Below are positions 1 through 11,227 of a stretch of 33,000 nt of DNA, piece by piece. The first letter of the stretch is position 1, and each line of letters starts with the position of its first letter. Origin of the DNA: Dicyema japonicum (taxonomy: Eukaryota > Animalia > Dicyemida). The position numbers were made by a program, and so were the translations under genes. The notes beneath the pieces were generated by a model. That model saw only the letters and a program-made list of their open reading frames with translations, did not search any database and was not told where the DNA came from. The DNA lies in NCBI GenBank assembly GCA_011109175.1, contig RDEW01000003.1, positions 372,001-405,000 of the forward strand. Direction: 5' to 3'.

Positions 1-402
1 TCCCTCCTAAATTCAAATTATTAATAAACTTTAAATATTTTACTTTATAAAAATTTATCATAAATTTATATAAATAATTTTTAAATAAACCGACTTTTGT
101 GATTTAAATAAATTTGCATGAATTATTTAAGAACACTAGATTTGTTAGCCGAGAGGTTGATTGGTCCTGAGGTTACGTACCTTTATTCCATGAGACTCCT
201 GTTTGGTCGTATGTATGTGTCACGATAACTCGCGGATAAATGGACGGATTTTAATTAAAAAAAAGTTTTGAACAAATAAAAACATTTCCGAAAAAGTGAG
301 TGAACAGGTATGAAGAATTGAGTTTCTGGAAATTTCGATCAATAGCATCCTGTCAAGTGGCGTGACCTTCAATGCTAGTTTCCAAAAACTTTCAACTTTA
401 AT

Positions 403-721
403 AGAGGCATAGTGGTTAGGTGTCGGGCAAAGTGGCTTAGGTTACGGGTTCGATTCTCGATGCTCACCTGGTAGAAGGTTCCACGCATCTACGATGGTAA
501 AAAGGGCTCGACGAGTGACGCCGTCATCAGTGGATATTCACTGCGGAACTTAGATAGTCTAAAAGGACACACACCCAAGAAAAAGAAAACAAAGAAGTGA
601 AGAGTATTCCTTGATCCTCCCTCGATTAGCTACTATAACTGTTCTTTGCTTAAAATAAAGTGTGTTCTGCCTGTGGGGACCGATAACTGATGTGGCTCCT
701 CAGAAAGTGGGAACATAATTA
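403..721 (+). mobile_element. tRNA-derived SINE, family 1 (5'-clipped copy)
   Basis: A-box-like GGCATAGTGG and B-box GGTTCGATTC. Colinear over ~300 nt with the inverted copy at ~23313-23621. Flanked by a near-perfect direct repeat TTTCAACTT(T/A)AAT at 390-402 and 722-734 (putative TSD). Confidence 0.8.
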
Positions 722-1289
722 TTTCAACTTAAATCATTTATAGGTACAAGATCCCAGAGATCCCGGAGATGGGGGACAACGGGAGACACTCCACGTGGGT
801 AAAAAATAAAAACTTGATTTTTTAAACTGCTTATTTAAACACGATTTTTACAAATTCAATGATAAAATACTTATTTCAAGTCTCCCAAGCACAGAAGAGA
901 TTTAGCGTCGCTTGTCAAATAATCAAGCTCGCAACAGACCACGTGCACAGCTGTCTAGCGATGTATGAAAGCCCTTGTCCCTCTTCTCATGAACATGGAC
1001 AAGATGATGGAATTGAGGGACATCATATACCGAAGTTCTGAACAGAGGGAGTGTCGGATGCACTTAGGATTCATGTTCGAATATTGTCCTGCTCAAAATT
1101 GTGAGAACTTGAAAGATCATCTCTCTGAAGACCACCTATAGGATAAAAGTTAATGTGCCTCAAACATGTTGCTAATATTCAGGAACTCTAGACACTGATT
1201 ATTTGATACGGATAAAGCTGCATCCCTTAGCTCTCCTCTATCTAGTATCTTTTAGCTTCCCCCATAGTTTATGCACATTGTGAGACCAG

Positions 1290-1460
1290 AGGGCAAACGA
1301 TTACATAGTCATAAAGGTCATTAGTGCAAGATGGTCATGTCCTCGGGACATTAGACCAATTAGAACATTCTTTCATATGACCCAGGATGAGTAGGAAGGT
1401 CAAATGGTTGTTTGACAATGTCTGGTCGACAACACAGACACCACAAAGGTAAACCGTATA
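1290..1460 (+). mobile_element. Possible Gypsy-type integrase zinc-binding (H2C2) remnant
   Basis: Degenerate translation QDGHVLGTLDQLEHSFI*PRMSRKVKWLFDNV resembles GH.G..T...L...F.WP.M...V. It is heavily mutated. Confidence 0.3.
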
Positions 1461-1514
1461 TGTTCATGTCTCTAGCAGTCTTCATGGTTCTATCCCTCCC
1501 TGTCTACTTTGCTT

Positions 1515-1742
1515 AAGGTTTTCTTTCCCATTCAATTATCGTGGCTTCGCGTGGTCCGTCCGTATCGCCAAGTCCCAGATAGCATCGAAAAGGATCATTA
1601 ACTCTCCCCAACTATTGGAGAGGTTCCCACATCTGTTGTTCTGGATAGACTTCTGTAGATGGAAGAACCGTGACAGTGGGAGCCGCGTACACTTAATAGA
1701 TGTAAGTACTTCTTTCTCGGTTGATGTATACGTTGGTTAAAA
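1515..1742 (+). mobile_element. Pseudoknot-SINE (family 2), diverged copy
   Basis: GTGGCTTC..TGGTCC...CGAAAAGGATCATT..CTCCCC...GGAGAGGTTCCCACA core, plus a TACACTTAAT...CTTCTTTCTCGG...GGTTAA tail matching the 11228 and 17797 copies. Confidence 0.6.
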
Positions 1743-1879
1743 GCACCCCCATGTTTCCATATTAATACTTAGGGTTTCACTTGTACCGTACTCCTAATAT
1801 CCGACCTCCCACCTGGGAGGGGTTTAACGAGTTCACCCGGTCAGAGTAGGACGTATCCTTTTCAAGTATCCGAAATTGT

Positions 1880-2130
1880 TGTAAAAACAAGCTAACTAAT
1901 TCCTTGATCCTGATGAGCCTTCACCCAAGAACAGTGATTCAGAGGACCTTGTCCGGAGAGCTGAGGTCGATTCTAGAACTCGTCGCAAGGAAACGTAATT
2001 TTCTTTCAGTGGAATGTATAATTGAAACCCTTTAATGCCGACCAGGCATTGGGCGTCTCATTAGTAAGGTGGATCTAATGACGCCATCACAGGGAAAGAA
2101 AATAAATTTTTAACCAACTATCCACATAGC
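1880..2130 (-). mobile_element. Pseudoknot-SINE (family 2), diverged inverted copy
   Basis: The minus strand reads GTGGATAGTTGGTTAAA (A-box-like)...GGCGTC ATT AGATCC ACC TTACTAA TGA GACGCC CA ATGCC TGGTC GGCAT TAAA GGGTTT (2085-2025), then TCCACTGAAAG. Outer boundaries are approximate. Confidence 0.65.
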
Positions 2131-2288
2131 ACCACATGGCGCCACTCGGTCATGACAATTTTTGTTAAAAATTACAACAGTAGAACACTAAGTAAAACGA
2201 TAAAAATCTATTTAAAAATTCTGATAAATTAGTTGTATTTTAAAATCAATAAAAATTTAAATTATAATCTTTTGTGAGCTTTAATCAT

Positions 2289-2732
2289 ATGGGTTACTGT
2301 GGAAGACTGTCTAAATATTTCTTAACTATTTTTAACCTCAGAAACTACGCTACCACTAATTTAACCTTTAAAATGACAGAAAACTGCAAGAAAGTAAATA
2401 AAATTATAATTTACAGAAATTAAAAGAAATAATCAAAAAGGACAATTTTTTAAGAATATCGATTGATGGAGGAGGTTGTTATGGGTTTCAATACAAATTT
2501 GAAATCGGAACTAAACTGAACGAAGACGATGTGTAAAGCTAAAATATAAGCTAGTAAGGTTTACGACGGGGATACAATGATTGTGTGCGATTCTACCTCT
2601 GGGGAACTTATCAATGGGTCTACCATTGAATATGAGGAATCTCTGATACGTTCCACCTTCATCATTCTCCACAACCCTCTCTCCACCAACGGGTGCTCCT
2701 GTGGGACCTCATTCGATGTTAAAATGGATTGA
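2289..2732 (+). CDS. ISCA2: Mitochondrial iron-sulfur cluster assembly protein IscA2 (HesB/IscA family), 132 aa, 3 exons
   Basis: Exons 2289-2393, 2417-2532 and 2555-2732; introns of 23 and 22 nt, GT-AG. The spliced protein has LRISIDGGGCYGFQY, GSTIEYEESLIRSTF and NP....GCSCGTSF, plus a presequence-like N-terminus. It is absent from the ORF track because of the introns. Confidence 0.95.
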
Positions 2733-2825
2733 ATATTATATTTAACTTTATTAAGAATATAAAACTTTATTACATTAAGAAACAAGAGGTCATACAGTAC
2801 CCACCCTGGAATACCACATGATGCT

Positions 2826-2975
2826 TTGTGACTAATTGGTTGAAGATTTCAGTTGCCTAGTCTGTTCCTTCTCTAGGCGTCATGTTATCCACCTATCTCA
2901 TGTGGTGCCATACTGGAACGAAAAAGGATCATTTGCTCTCCCCTACTCCACTGAAGGGGTTTCACAACAGTAGCC
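2826..2975 (+). mobile_element. Pseudoknot-SINE (family 2), 3'-truncated copy
   Basis: GTGACTAATTGGTTGAAGATTTCAG head followed by GGCGTCATGTTATCCACC...CGAAAAAGGATCATTTGCTCTCCCCTACTCCACTGAAGGGGTTT. Confidence 0.8.
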
Positions 2976-3112
2976 GCCCTGACTGCGTGGCTATTACCTC
3001 TCAGGAGGGCGAGGGAGAATCACTCAAATGACCAGCGGAGATCTCCAGTGCATGTGGAAATCCGATTCCCTAGACGACCCAGGAATTCGAACCTCGAAGC
3101 CAAAAGGAACCT
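2976..3112 (-). mobile_element. Possible further tRNA-derived SINE fragment
   Basis: B-box-like GGTTCGAATTCC on the minus strand (~3082-3093) in a GC-richer tract. No second copy seen. Confidence 0.3.
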
Positions 3113-3559
3113 GAAGTAATTTTATAAATCGTTTATTTCGTTGGTTATGGTTGAGCAAAACGAATTTTAAGACTAACAGATCACCGTTTACTACCAAAAT
3201 ATTAAACTCCGAAACACATTGAGTGAGTAAACAACTAATTAATTCCGCATATTCTGGGTCATCAGATAAAATAGGTGTCGTACCACGTGCATTATCTCCC
3301 GGTTAAACCATTATTCTCGATAGTCAGTGTGGATTTAGTGGAGATAGTGACTTTGGTTGGTCCATCAGAATTTGAAGATAGTGCTAGTGAATTGAGGAAA
3401 AAACATGAACTACCACTCATAAGGAGACTTCTAAAGTCGACATTCTGGAGGTGAACGGGACAAAATTGAAAAAGGTTAGTTGTCCTATACTGGAGGTGGA
3501 AATTATACGTAAGATGATCCAATTTTGTGTAGGGGAACGTATATTTTCCATTGTGACTG

Positions 3560-4300
3560 TCTCCGAACCAGGAATAGTGCGTTATGAGACATTGAAGCAA
3601 AACCATTCCTTAGGAAATGGTGGTGATTGTGAAACCGGACGCCATAGAAAATTGAGTGGCTGTTTCACCAGACAACTGCTAGAAGAATCCTATGGAACTG
3701 GCGATATCATAAACCCAAGAGATCTTAGAAAAGAGACCGTCTTGAGGGTGAAGACAGCTTTCTCGACAATAACGGGCTCTACATGGAAGCTGGTGGAGAG
3801 GCTGTCGTATTTTCTTACTTTGGAATTTTCGAATAATCGTGCAGCCTCCCCAGCATTCAACGCAAAATCAAAAAGTCTTGACTGAGAAAGGGTGTATGTA
3901 CATGCCCCATCTCAAATCAGGCATTTCCCTAGAGAAAGGGAAGACAGTTATTCCGTCCGGGCGTTTTCCATCTCCACGGCCCACCAGTTCAGAGAATTCA
4001 GTCGCCTGAAGAGAACGCATTCAATATATTTATGGGGAGCTTTCCTCACATTGATGACACGTGGTGCTATTTGGCTATTTGATTCAAAATTTCTCTTTCT
4101 TCCTTGTATTGGCGTCATCGGATACAGCTATCTTAGAAGACGCCCAATACCTATCCGACATTCAAAAAGATCCGTCACTTCATTCAACAGACTATTTCGC
4201 TCTCTGGGGACGAGTTCTGACTACGATCTCAACTTTTCGTACAATGTCCTCTGGATCACTGTGCCTGGTACACGCCAGTGTCAGGGGATTAGTTAGTTTG
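3560..4300 (-). mobile_element. CRE-like non-LTR retrotransposon remnant (restriction-like endonuclease region)
   Basis: The minus strand gives GRGDGKRPDGITVFPFS, then (frameshifted) ALNAGEAARLFENSKVRKYDSL..FHVEPVIVE..FLRSLG. Homologous to the 30850 and 32545 copies. Confidence 0.8.
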
Positions 4301-4429
4301 GTCTTACCGTTGGTCTTTGGTATAATTTGATTTTATGAACTCCACCACATGGATTATTTATTAACCCCGGATAATATTATTATTGGACCACAAGGATATT
4401 ATTGATTATGAAAGTTGATTCTAAGATTC

Positions 4430-5117
4430 AGAGAAGAGAGCGCCGTCTTTGGTTTACTGCTAAATATCAAGAAGACCAAAATTATGACGACTGCTAATAA
4501 GGAACTAAAAATTAGGAATGAGAAAATAGAGAGTTAATGTTGTCTTTCTGGGATGTCTAATTAATCGGAATGGTGACGGAGGCTTGGAAATCAAGAGGCG
4601 AATTGCCATGGGACGAGACACCTTCCAGAAAATGAATAGAATTTGGAAAAGCAAAGATATTTGCTTAAGGACCAAATGCAGACTGGTTAATGCAATCGTG
4701 TTCCCGGTTTTTCTATACGGCACAGAATCATGGATACTGAAAAAGGCGGATAGACGCTTTTGAACTGTGGTGCTGGAGGAGATTACTAAGAATCCCTTGG
4801 ACTTCCAAAATAACAAACACCAATGTACTCAAACGGGTGGAGACGGACATTTCGCTAGAAGGAAGAATCGTAAAACACAGATTGGCGTTCTTTGGGCATG
4901 TTGTCCGCTCTGATTCCCTGGAAAGAACCATTATGCTGAGCAATATTACTGGGAAGAGAAGACCTGGTCGACCGAGGACTCGGTGGCTATCCACGGTGAA
5001 GACCTCATGGGAATGCCTATATCAAGGCTACTCCAAATTGCAACGGATCGGGGAGAGTGGAGGAAACTCGTTCATGAGATCTCCAAGGGTCAGACACGAC
5101 TTAATTGGACAACAAAT
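4430..5117 (+). mobile_element. RTE-clade (BovB-like) LINE, 5'-truncated 3' part
   Basis: EIKRRIAMG..F, TKCRLVNAIVFPVFLYGTESW, FELWCWRRLLRIPW, FFGHVVR and GKRRPGRPRTRW. RTE-type terminus GACACGACTTAA. Confidence 0.9.
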
Positions 5118-5279
5118 ATGAAAATTAATTTTTTTTAATAAAAATAAAAATTTATCGAAAATGAAAATTATAAAATATTGGAGACAATTTTTGTTTCCAC
5201 TGAAATGCAATAAAAATAAAAATTATATGTTTTTAAATAAATATAGAACTTTGCATTTCTTACACTTGTGACATTTGGT

Positions 5280-6030
5280 GCCCACCCATTTCCTGGACAA
5301 ACGCCGAAGTGATCATGTTCCAGGAACAGGCATACATAGTGAAAAAGCATTGGTCCACTATGAAGAAACAACTCCCATCAAACTCTCTCGAATCCTTAAT
5401 TCGTCTAATCGAGCAGGATGTCCGTTTCGCCATGATCGTAGAATTTTCCGTCCATCGCCGGCTTGTGAGGGCTCAAGGGAGGAACACGTAACCATATTGA
5501 GGCCTCTGCTGTGACATGTTCCTAAAAGTGGTCCTTTGGAATAAATTCATTCCTACTTCAACATGAAGGACGTCTAAGAAAAAATGAGTAACCAACCGGG
5601 GGGGTTCTTTTTCAAAACTGACTGACCTTCTATAGAGAAGATCGTCTGGATCTTGAGACAAGCGCAAGTAATCCAAAGTTCACTTCTTAGCGTCAATAAT
5701 TTAAATCAAGCGTTTATGCGGTCGTTGAGCTCATTTTTATGCAATTTTTCAGGCAATTAGCGTTCGATCGCAAATAAGCAGGTTAAGGTCATAAGGAATG
5801 CAATCATCATCGAGTACCATAGTTGTATTTATCCGCAGATTTTACATCACTTGATGCCTGCCACTCGGGTTTGAGTGCAATATTTTATTAGAAATCAAAA
5901 TCTTTCCGATCGTAAAAATTTTAATTCTTCCTTTACTTCTGACCGTCGTTCTCGTCACGTACTCTTTATAGATTGAACAAGAATAGTATTTCGATGCCTT
6001 AGTTGTTAGGCAATCGATTCTCAACCACCC
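5280..6030 (-). mobile_element. Probable Mutator-like (MULE) transposase remnant with a FLYWCH-like finger
   Basis: YYSCSIYK....KGRIK....ILHSNP resembles FLYWCH. The downstream FDGSCFFIVDQCFFTMY resembles the MULE motif DGTF..VP..F.QLY. Many stops. Confidence 0.35.
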
Positions 6031-6167
6031 ATAGCTGGATGATGTCGAAAATAGTCCCGTTTACTAACATAAGCATGAAAATCTTCAAATAATTGACGGA
6101 TATTTTGTTGAAATAAATTTTTTGGTCACTTTATTACTAAGACGGCACTGTGAGACAAAACGATTTT

Positions 6168-6415
6168 TGTGATCTACCTGTCAAAGGAGACGCCCAGTGC
6201 CTGACCAGCATACAAAACTCTTGTGATCTACCTGCAAGGGAGACGCCCAGTGCCTGACCGCCATACAAACAGATCCCGCTCTTCTTTACTCACTTGAGAG
6301 GTTCCCACAAATGGGATATGGATGGATGTGATGCATTTAACTCTGACTGCGAACTGAGATCACTTGGTTAGTTGAGGACTCTCTTTTTGTTTAACTCGGT
6401 GATCTTTAAACGATA
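6168..6415 (+). mobile_element. Pseudoknot-SINE (family 2), diverged copy with an internal ~55-nt tandem duplication
   Basis: TGTGATCTACCTG..GGAGACGCCCAGTGCCTGACC..CATACAAA occurs twice in tandem, then AGATCCCGCTCTT..GAGAGGTTCCCACA and a decayed tail. Confidence 0.7.
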
Positions 6416-6595
6416 AATGATTAGGACGATCCTCTTTCCTTCAAACTGAAATTCTCCATGCTTACTGGTTTAATAAAAAGGACTGGTTTCAGTGAGGTTT
6501 CAGATAGTCTCGTGAAAAAGTACATACATTTAAGGAATTGGTCATTTATGATACAAAGACTGTCTGTCTTAGTCATTTATGCTACGAACTCCTTT

Positions 6596-7000
6596 GTCAT
6601 TATTATTAACCCCAGGCTTACAATGGTAAGCCCAACACATACAGTCATAACTAAATAATCCAAGGGAGGAACCAAAGGGAGAACATCTGCTTGTGTCGAC
6701 CAAATCCATCTTCCAATATTTCATTACAGGCTTCCGCCTTCTAAGAGAGGTGGAGAAGTAGGTCCGTCCTCTTCCATTTTTGTCCCACGTTTTACCGTCG
6801 TGGACATCACTTCATTCTTTAGTGGAATAGTTTTTCATAATGTAATCTTCATCAGAGGATTTGGTCAGGGAGAAAGGTAGGACTCGTTGCCTTACGTGTG
6901 GGATCTGTTTGACAAGAATTTACCTTCGCTGAAAAATCCATCTTTCGGATTCGAACCCACGACCTTCAGATCCGATGTCATCAGACGTTACGTTCAGACA
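6596..7000 (-). mobile_element. tRNA-derived SINE, family 3
   Basis: B box GGTTCGAATCC (6957-6947). The 3' end is CCTGGGGTTAATAATAAT. A 10-bp direct repeat GAACTCCTTT lies at 6586-6595 and 7001-7010 (putative TSD). Confidence 0.7.
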
Positions 7001-7339
7001 GAACTCCTTTAGGTTTTTTTAATCGTCATTGATTGGATGTACGCCCTTGTAAAGACATCCACGTTGAGTTTTTCCATATAGGACTCGTAGTACTTGTATT
7101 AATGAAATTTAATTCAATACCCCCAAATGGGATAAATTGGTAACGAAATTAAAACTCAGCTTTGATTAAATAACAAAAAAGTCCGACCTCGATTGGAAGA
7201 AATCCTCACCTTGGTTTCTGGAACATCCTCAGATTTTTGAACACTTGATAAGATTGGCGTATAAATGGAAAGACCCTTTCAGATAAAAAACCTCCACGTG
7301 GAACAAAATTAATTATGACTTGTCTAATGATTTAATATC

Positions 7340-7750
7340 TTTGTAGCGTTCTTAAATGAAACTAAAATACCGAGAAAAACTTGAAAAAAGCTCTTCTATC
7401 AAAAAATCTAATCTCACAGATTGTTAGCACAAAAGTTATGAACGAGCCACTTGTAATTGGAGGGAACATCAAAAACTGAAACTCCGAGAATAATGAAGAC
7501 ACTTTTAATTGGATTCAAAGGTTCTCGATATATTTCACCACTTGAGACTGCAAGATGTCCCAGTTAGTGGGCATTCATTAAAATTGGAAATCTCCATATT
7601 GACCAAAGGTTAATAGAATATGTTTTAAGACTTTTAGAGAATCAATGAGTGGTTAGAACACTTGAAGTAAAGACACGAGTCAAAGTTTTTACAGGTGACA
7701 AAAATTTCGCGATAAAATTGATGACTTTGTGCCTACAAGCAAAGCCTATA
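7340..7750 (+). mobile_element. pogo/Tigger transposase remnant (CENP-B-type HTH)
   Basis: Frameshifted translation FNWI...DVPVSGHSLKLE...DFRES.EWLEHLK*RHE matches W....P.SG..L..KA....F.AS.GWL..FK.RH. Confidence 0.5.
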
Positions 7751-8115
7751 CTCAAGTGTCTCTTTAGGATTCGTTTTAAAACTGTAATGTAGATAGAGCT
7801 GGAGCTTTCTATCTACCCCAAACTGTCTTGGATAACTTCTTGTGGTACTTTGGTAATTTCTGCCTAAAGTCATTACATATCTCGAGGTAACGAGGGTATT
7901 GGAACCAAGGCATCTGCCCCATCTTGGTAGAAAAAAAAATCAAAATAAATCCGCCTCAGTTCCTGAAAACATGTGTACTTTCCAAACTGGTTACCACTCT
8001 GACCTTGCTCTAACTTTACTAACCGCAAGTAAATAACCACGTGATATAAATAATGGATGCACTATTATTGTAAGGGAAAAACGAAAATATTTAGAATAAA
8101 TGAAGAGATCATTAA

Positions 8116-10288
8116 CTAAATCATTTTTTTCTTATCCTCACGCAAAGTGACAGTAAGATTGAATATAATCTACTTTTATTAACATCTCACCCTATGGGGG
8201 AGGACCAGAATCGTAGTCAACAGCAAAATATCCAACACGCTCGAATTGAAATCTATCCCCAATCTTCACGTCGGAAATGGAAGCGTCAATTAATGCAGTC
8301 TTTTCTACCAACGAATTCTACAATCTACAAACCCTTACTACCTTGTCGACATCACTCATAAAACCCTCAGGCACCTGTCTTTTATCCTCAGGTAATTTGT
8401 GCTTAAACCTACCAATAATTAGTAAAATTACAATTTCGAGTACATCCTTACTGTGCAAGTGACAGGTTGAGCCACCCAGTGAATGTACGAAGCACATTTT
8501 GATGAGTCAACTGGCGAGAACTCGACAGTAATCTCATCATCGGTATATTCGACCACGTGGATCATCATACTCGTGTACTTCAGACCAACCCATGAGGTTT
8601 TTGTCAAACGCTTAAATCCTTTCTCACCATCCTCGAAATTAAACAATAAATTACACAGGCAGAAAGTCGCTTCGCTCAATATACACCACAGAAGAAAAGG
8701 TGATAAAATGACTTCCTTTTGAATGATCGGCGGGAAAATCTGGCACTTCCAGTGTTGTTTGTGGGCTGTGTTCTTCCCAGTTGATAATATTCACTTTAAT
8801 GGGATCTACGACAGACATAGTTCTACAATAAGTAAGAAATCCACCGTTTGGAAGTATTATTGAGGATATTCCTTGTACAAGAATCGAGAAGAATCGGATC
8901 TGTGTAACAAAAAGTCATTGTGACCCCGACCTTATTGCAGAAATAGTTAACAGCCTCAGGGGGAATTCCTCTTCTTCTTAAAGCGGACAGGGTAAACAAC
9001 CGAGGATCATCCCAACCACTGCAATAACCTCAAGACATACCTAACGAGTCCATTGTCAATCAACTTCCCAATTTTACGTTTGGAGACAACTGCATAGTAC
9101 AGATTTAGTCTCCCATACTCCCACTGCACTGGACAATAGACGTCCACCGCATTGCACAAAAAATAATACGACGATCTGCGAGATTGGAATTCCTTAGTAC
9201 ATAGAGAATGGGTGATGTCCTCAATAGAGTCGCAGAGACAGTGGGTGAAGTCATAAGTGGGATAAATACACCTGCAATGATTAAGCAAGCCGACCAGTCA
9301 TTCATGGTGCGATAATGGTGAGCGAATTTAATCCTGTAAGCCACAGGGTCCATCTTTCCGTCCTCCATAATGTGTTTCATTCTCAATGTAGCCTCCCCCT
9401 CGGGTATTTTCCCTGCTCTCATATCCTCAAAAAGGGACAGAGACTCTTCGATAGGTCGGTCCCTCCAAGGAGAGACTTCCGGGTTAATTCCTTTAAGCTG
9501 ATCGGCAGTCTGGTGGCATACGTAAGCAAGGTTTTCCTTGATCAACTTCACAGCCATGTCATAGAGCTCCCCAAAGTAGTCCGAGGCGTAGGTTATATCG
9601 TAAGGCTCATAACCCAGCCAGCGAATATCCTCCTGGATCCCAAGGAAAAACTTTTCCTCCTCTTTTTCTGGGTTCGTGTCATCATAGCGAAGAAATGTGA
9701 TCCCTCCGTGGGTCTTGGCGTACCCAAAGTTGAAATTGATGGCCTTCGCGTGTCCAATGTGGAGGATACCATTGGGTTCTGGAGGAAACCGAGTCCTAAC
9801 CATTCCTCCAGTTCGTCGCAAATGTTCGGCCATGTGCCACATAGTGTTCTTCACAATAACGTACCCGTCAGTCTTGTAGTTCTCCCCTGGAAGGTGGAAC
9901 TTTGCGCACTCTCCCTCCTCTCAGACTCTCAATATCATTGGGGTCTCCACTTTCGGTTCCCCTCTCAGGACGGATTCGAATTCAGCGACGTTGACGTCTT
10001 CAGCAGTATTATTAGTGAAATAGTCAATTACAGCCAGTAGTTGCTTGTCATTAGTTATTTGGGAGTTCCCAATATATTGTGTAATGAACTTTGCACGCGG
10101 CCAGAACTGTGATTTCAACTTGGTTGAGAGTAGATAAAGTAGTTTTCCTTTTGAAGAGTCTATGGTACAGGAATTCAGTTCCTCTATGAGTTCTCCTAGT
10201 CTGGATTGGAGTCTTTTGTTTTTAGAGTCTCTTTTGCTTTGTTTTCAGTAAGCCCAATAGACACAAGAGTACCAACGTCGAGTTCCAT
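8116..10288 (-). pseudogene. QARS1: Glutaminyl-tRNA synthetase, disrupted copy (probable pseudogene)
   Basis: Motifs [71 protein letters not shown] and FNLTVTLRED. Seven introns: 9272-9294, 9019-9040, 8823-8844, 8632-8656, 8409-8431, 8318-8341, 8170-8190. Lesions: a 1-nt deletion at ~10220, loss of ~100 codons at ~9970, an indel with in-frame TGA at ~9910-9923, and an indel with TAG at ~8192-8200. Confidence 0.85.
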
Positions 10289-11227
10289 GGCTTTGAATGT
10301 GATTCAATTTCAGAATTTATTTAAATTCAAGATTTTTAATTTAATTTTTATTTAATGAATTAATTTGTAAAAAACTAAATTATTAGTAAATTAGTATTAA
10401 AACTAACTAAATAATTGTTTAAAGCAAGTTGGTGATAAATGATACTCAATTTAAAAAATTAAGTAACTAATTTTAAGTTTGTTTGCTTTGACTGATTTTT
10501 ATGTAGTCGAGTGAATTCTTAATTCCGACTGTTCTATCATACATTGTAATCTGGATTATTGTCGGACAATTGATTAAGTCAGTGTGAATTCTCGATTTGT
10601 CAGACTGTGGTGAATTTTTACGTCAGCTGTGTACGGCTTAGATTGAGATTATAGCTAGAATTTACATATTTGTCAAACTTAAATTTCCATTTTAGACAAT
10701 AAGAGGATTTAAAAGACTTTCAATTAGATAATTTCATGGTTTAAAACTGAATTAATAGTCTAAATTCAGTGAGATAGGCTTTACTGCTTTATAAAATTAT
10801 GGGTCAGAGAGGGGAATTCGAAGTTACGGAGCGATGGACTTACGGAAAAACTGGGTAACCAACGGGAAGACTCAGTTACGTCGACATGATGTCACACAGA
10901 CAATCAATAGACCACGTGTGGTGGATTTTTAATTTGTTCGATTAAATATTTTGGCACTGAAAATGCCAGATTTGTTAATTTCGTATTTTCGGCAGATAAA
11001 TTCAACGATTGAGACCGTACCGTTTTTTTGATTTGATGGCCTGCAGAATTCTATTTTCCTTAGTCAATAAATCACTTTTTAAAGCAAATTCGTGAAAAAT
11101 GGAAGAGTATTTGTTCAGTTTAATTTGAAACTGATACCAACCTTTTCTTGCTTCGTTTCCAGGCTTTATCCGATAATCTAAAGGACTTAGCGTACATTCT
11201 TATCTATGAGTACTTATTCTGTAAGTC

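Noticed and set aside
1588-1603. AAGGATCATTA resembling the 3' end of 18S rRNA; loose U1/7SL resemblance of the SINE core
   Set aside because: Only short matches without the surrounding conserved sequence; it is the P2' strand of the repeat core.
1909-1996. Hammerhead-like CTGATGAG...GGAAAC
   Set aside because: Helix II does not close onto a proper CGAAA, no helix I or III with an NUH site was found, and it lies antisense within a SINE copy.
3451-4330. Plus-strand ORFs (144, 134 and 89 aa) as a spliced membrane-protein gene
   Set aside because: No consistent spliced frame or family motif; the opposite strand is clearly a CRE-like endonuclease remnant.
9921-9923. In-frame TGA in QARS as readthrough, selenocysteine or an alternative code, or removed by an 18-nt intron
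   Set aside because: It is better explained by flanking indels, since the shifted frame gives SLRG matching LRGE. TGA is a normal stop in ISCA2, and the 18-nt GT..AG segment is purine-rich and outside the observed size range.
9315-10040. 241-aa plus-strand ORF
   Set aside because: Antisense shadow of the QARS coding frame.
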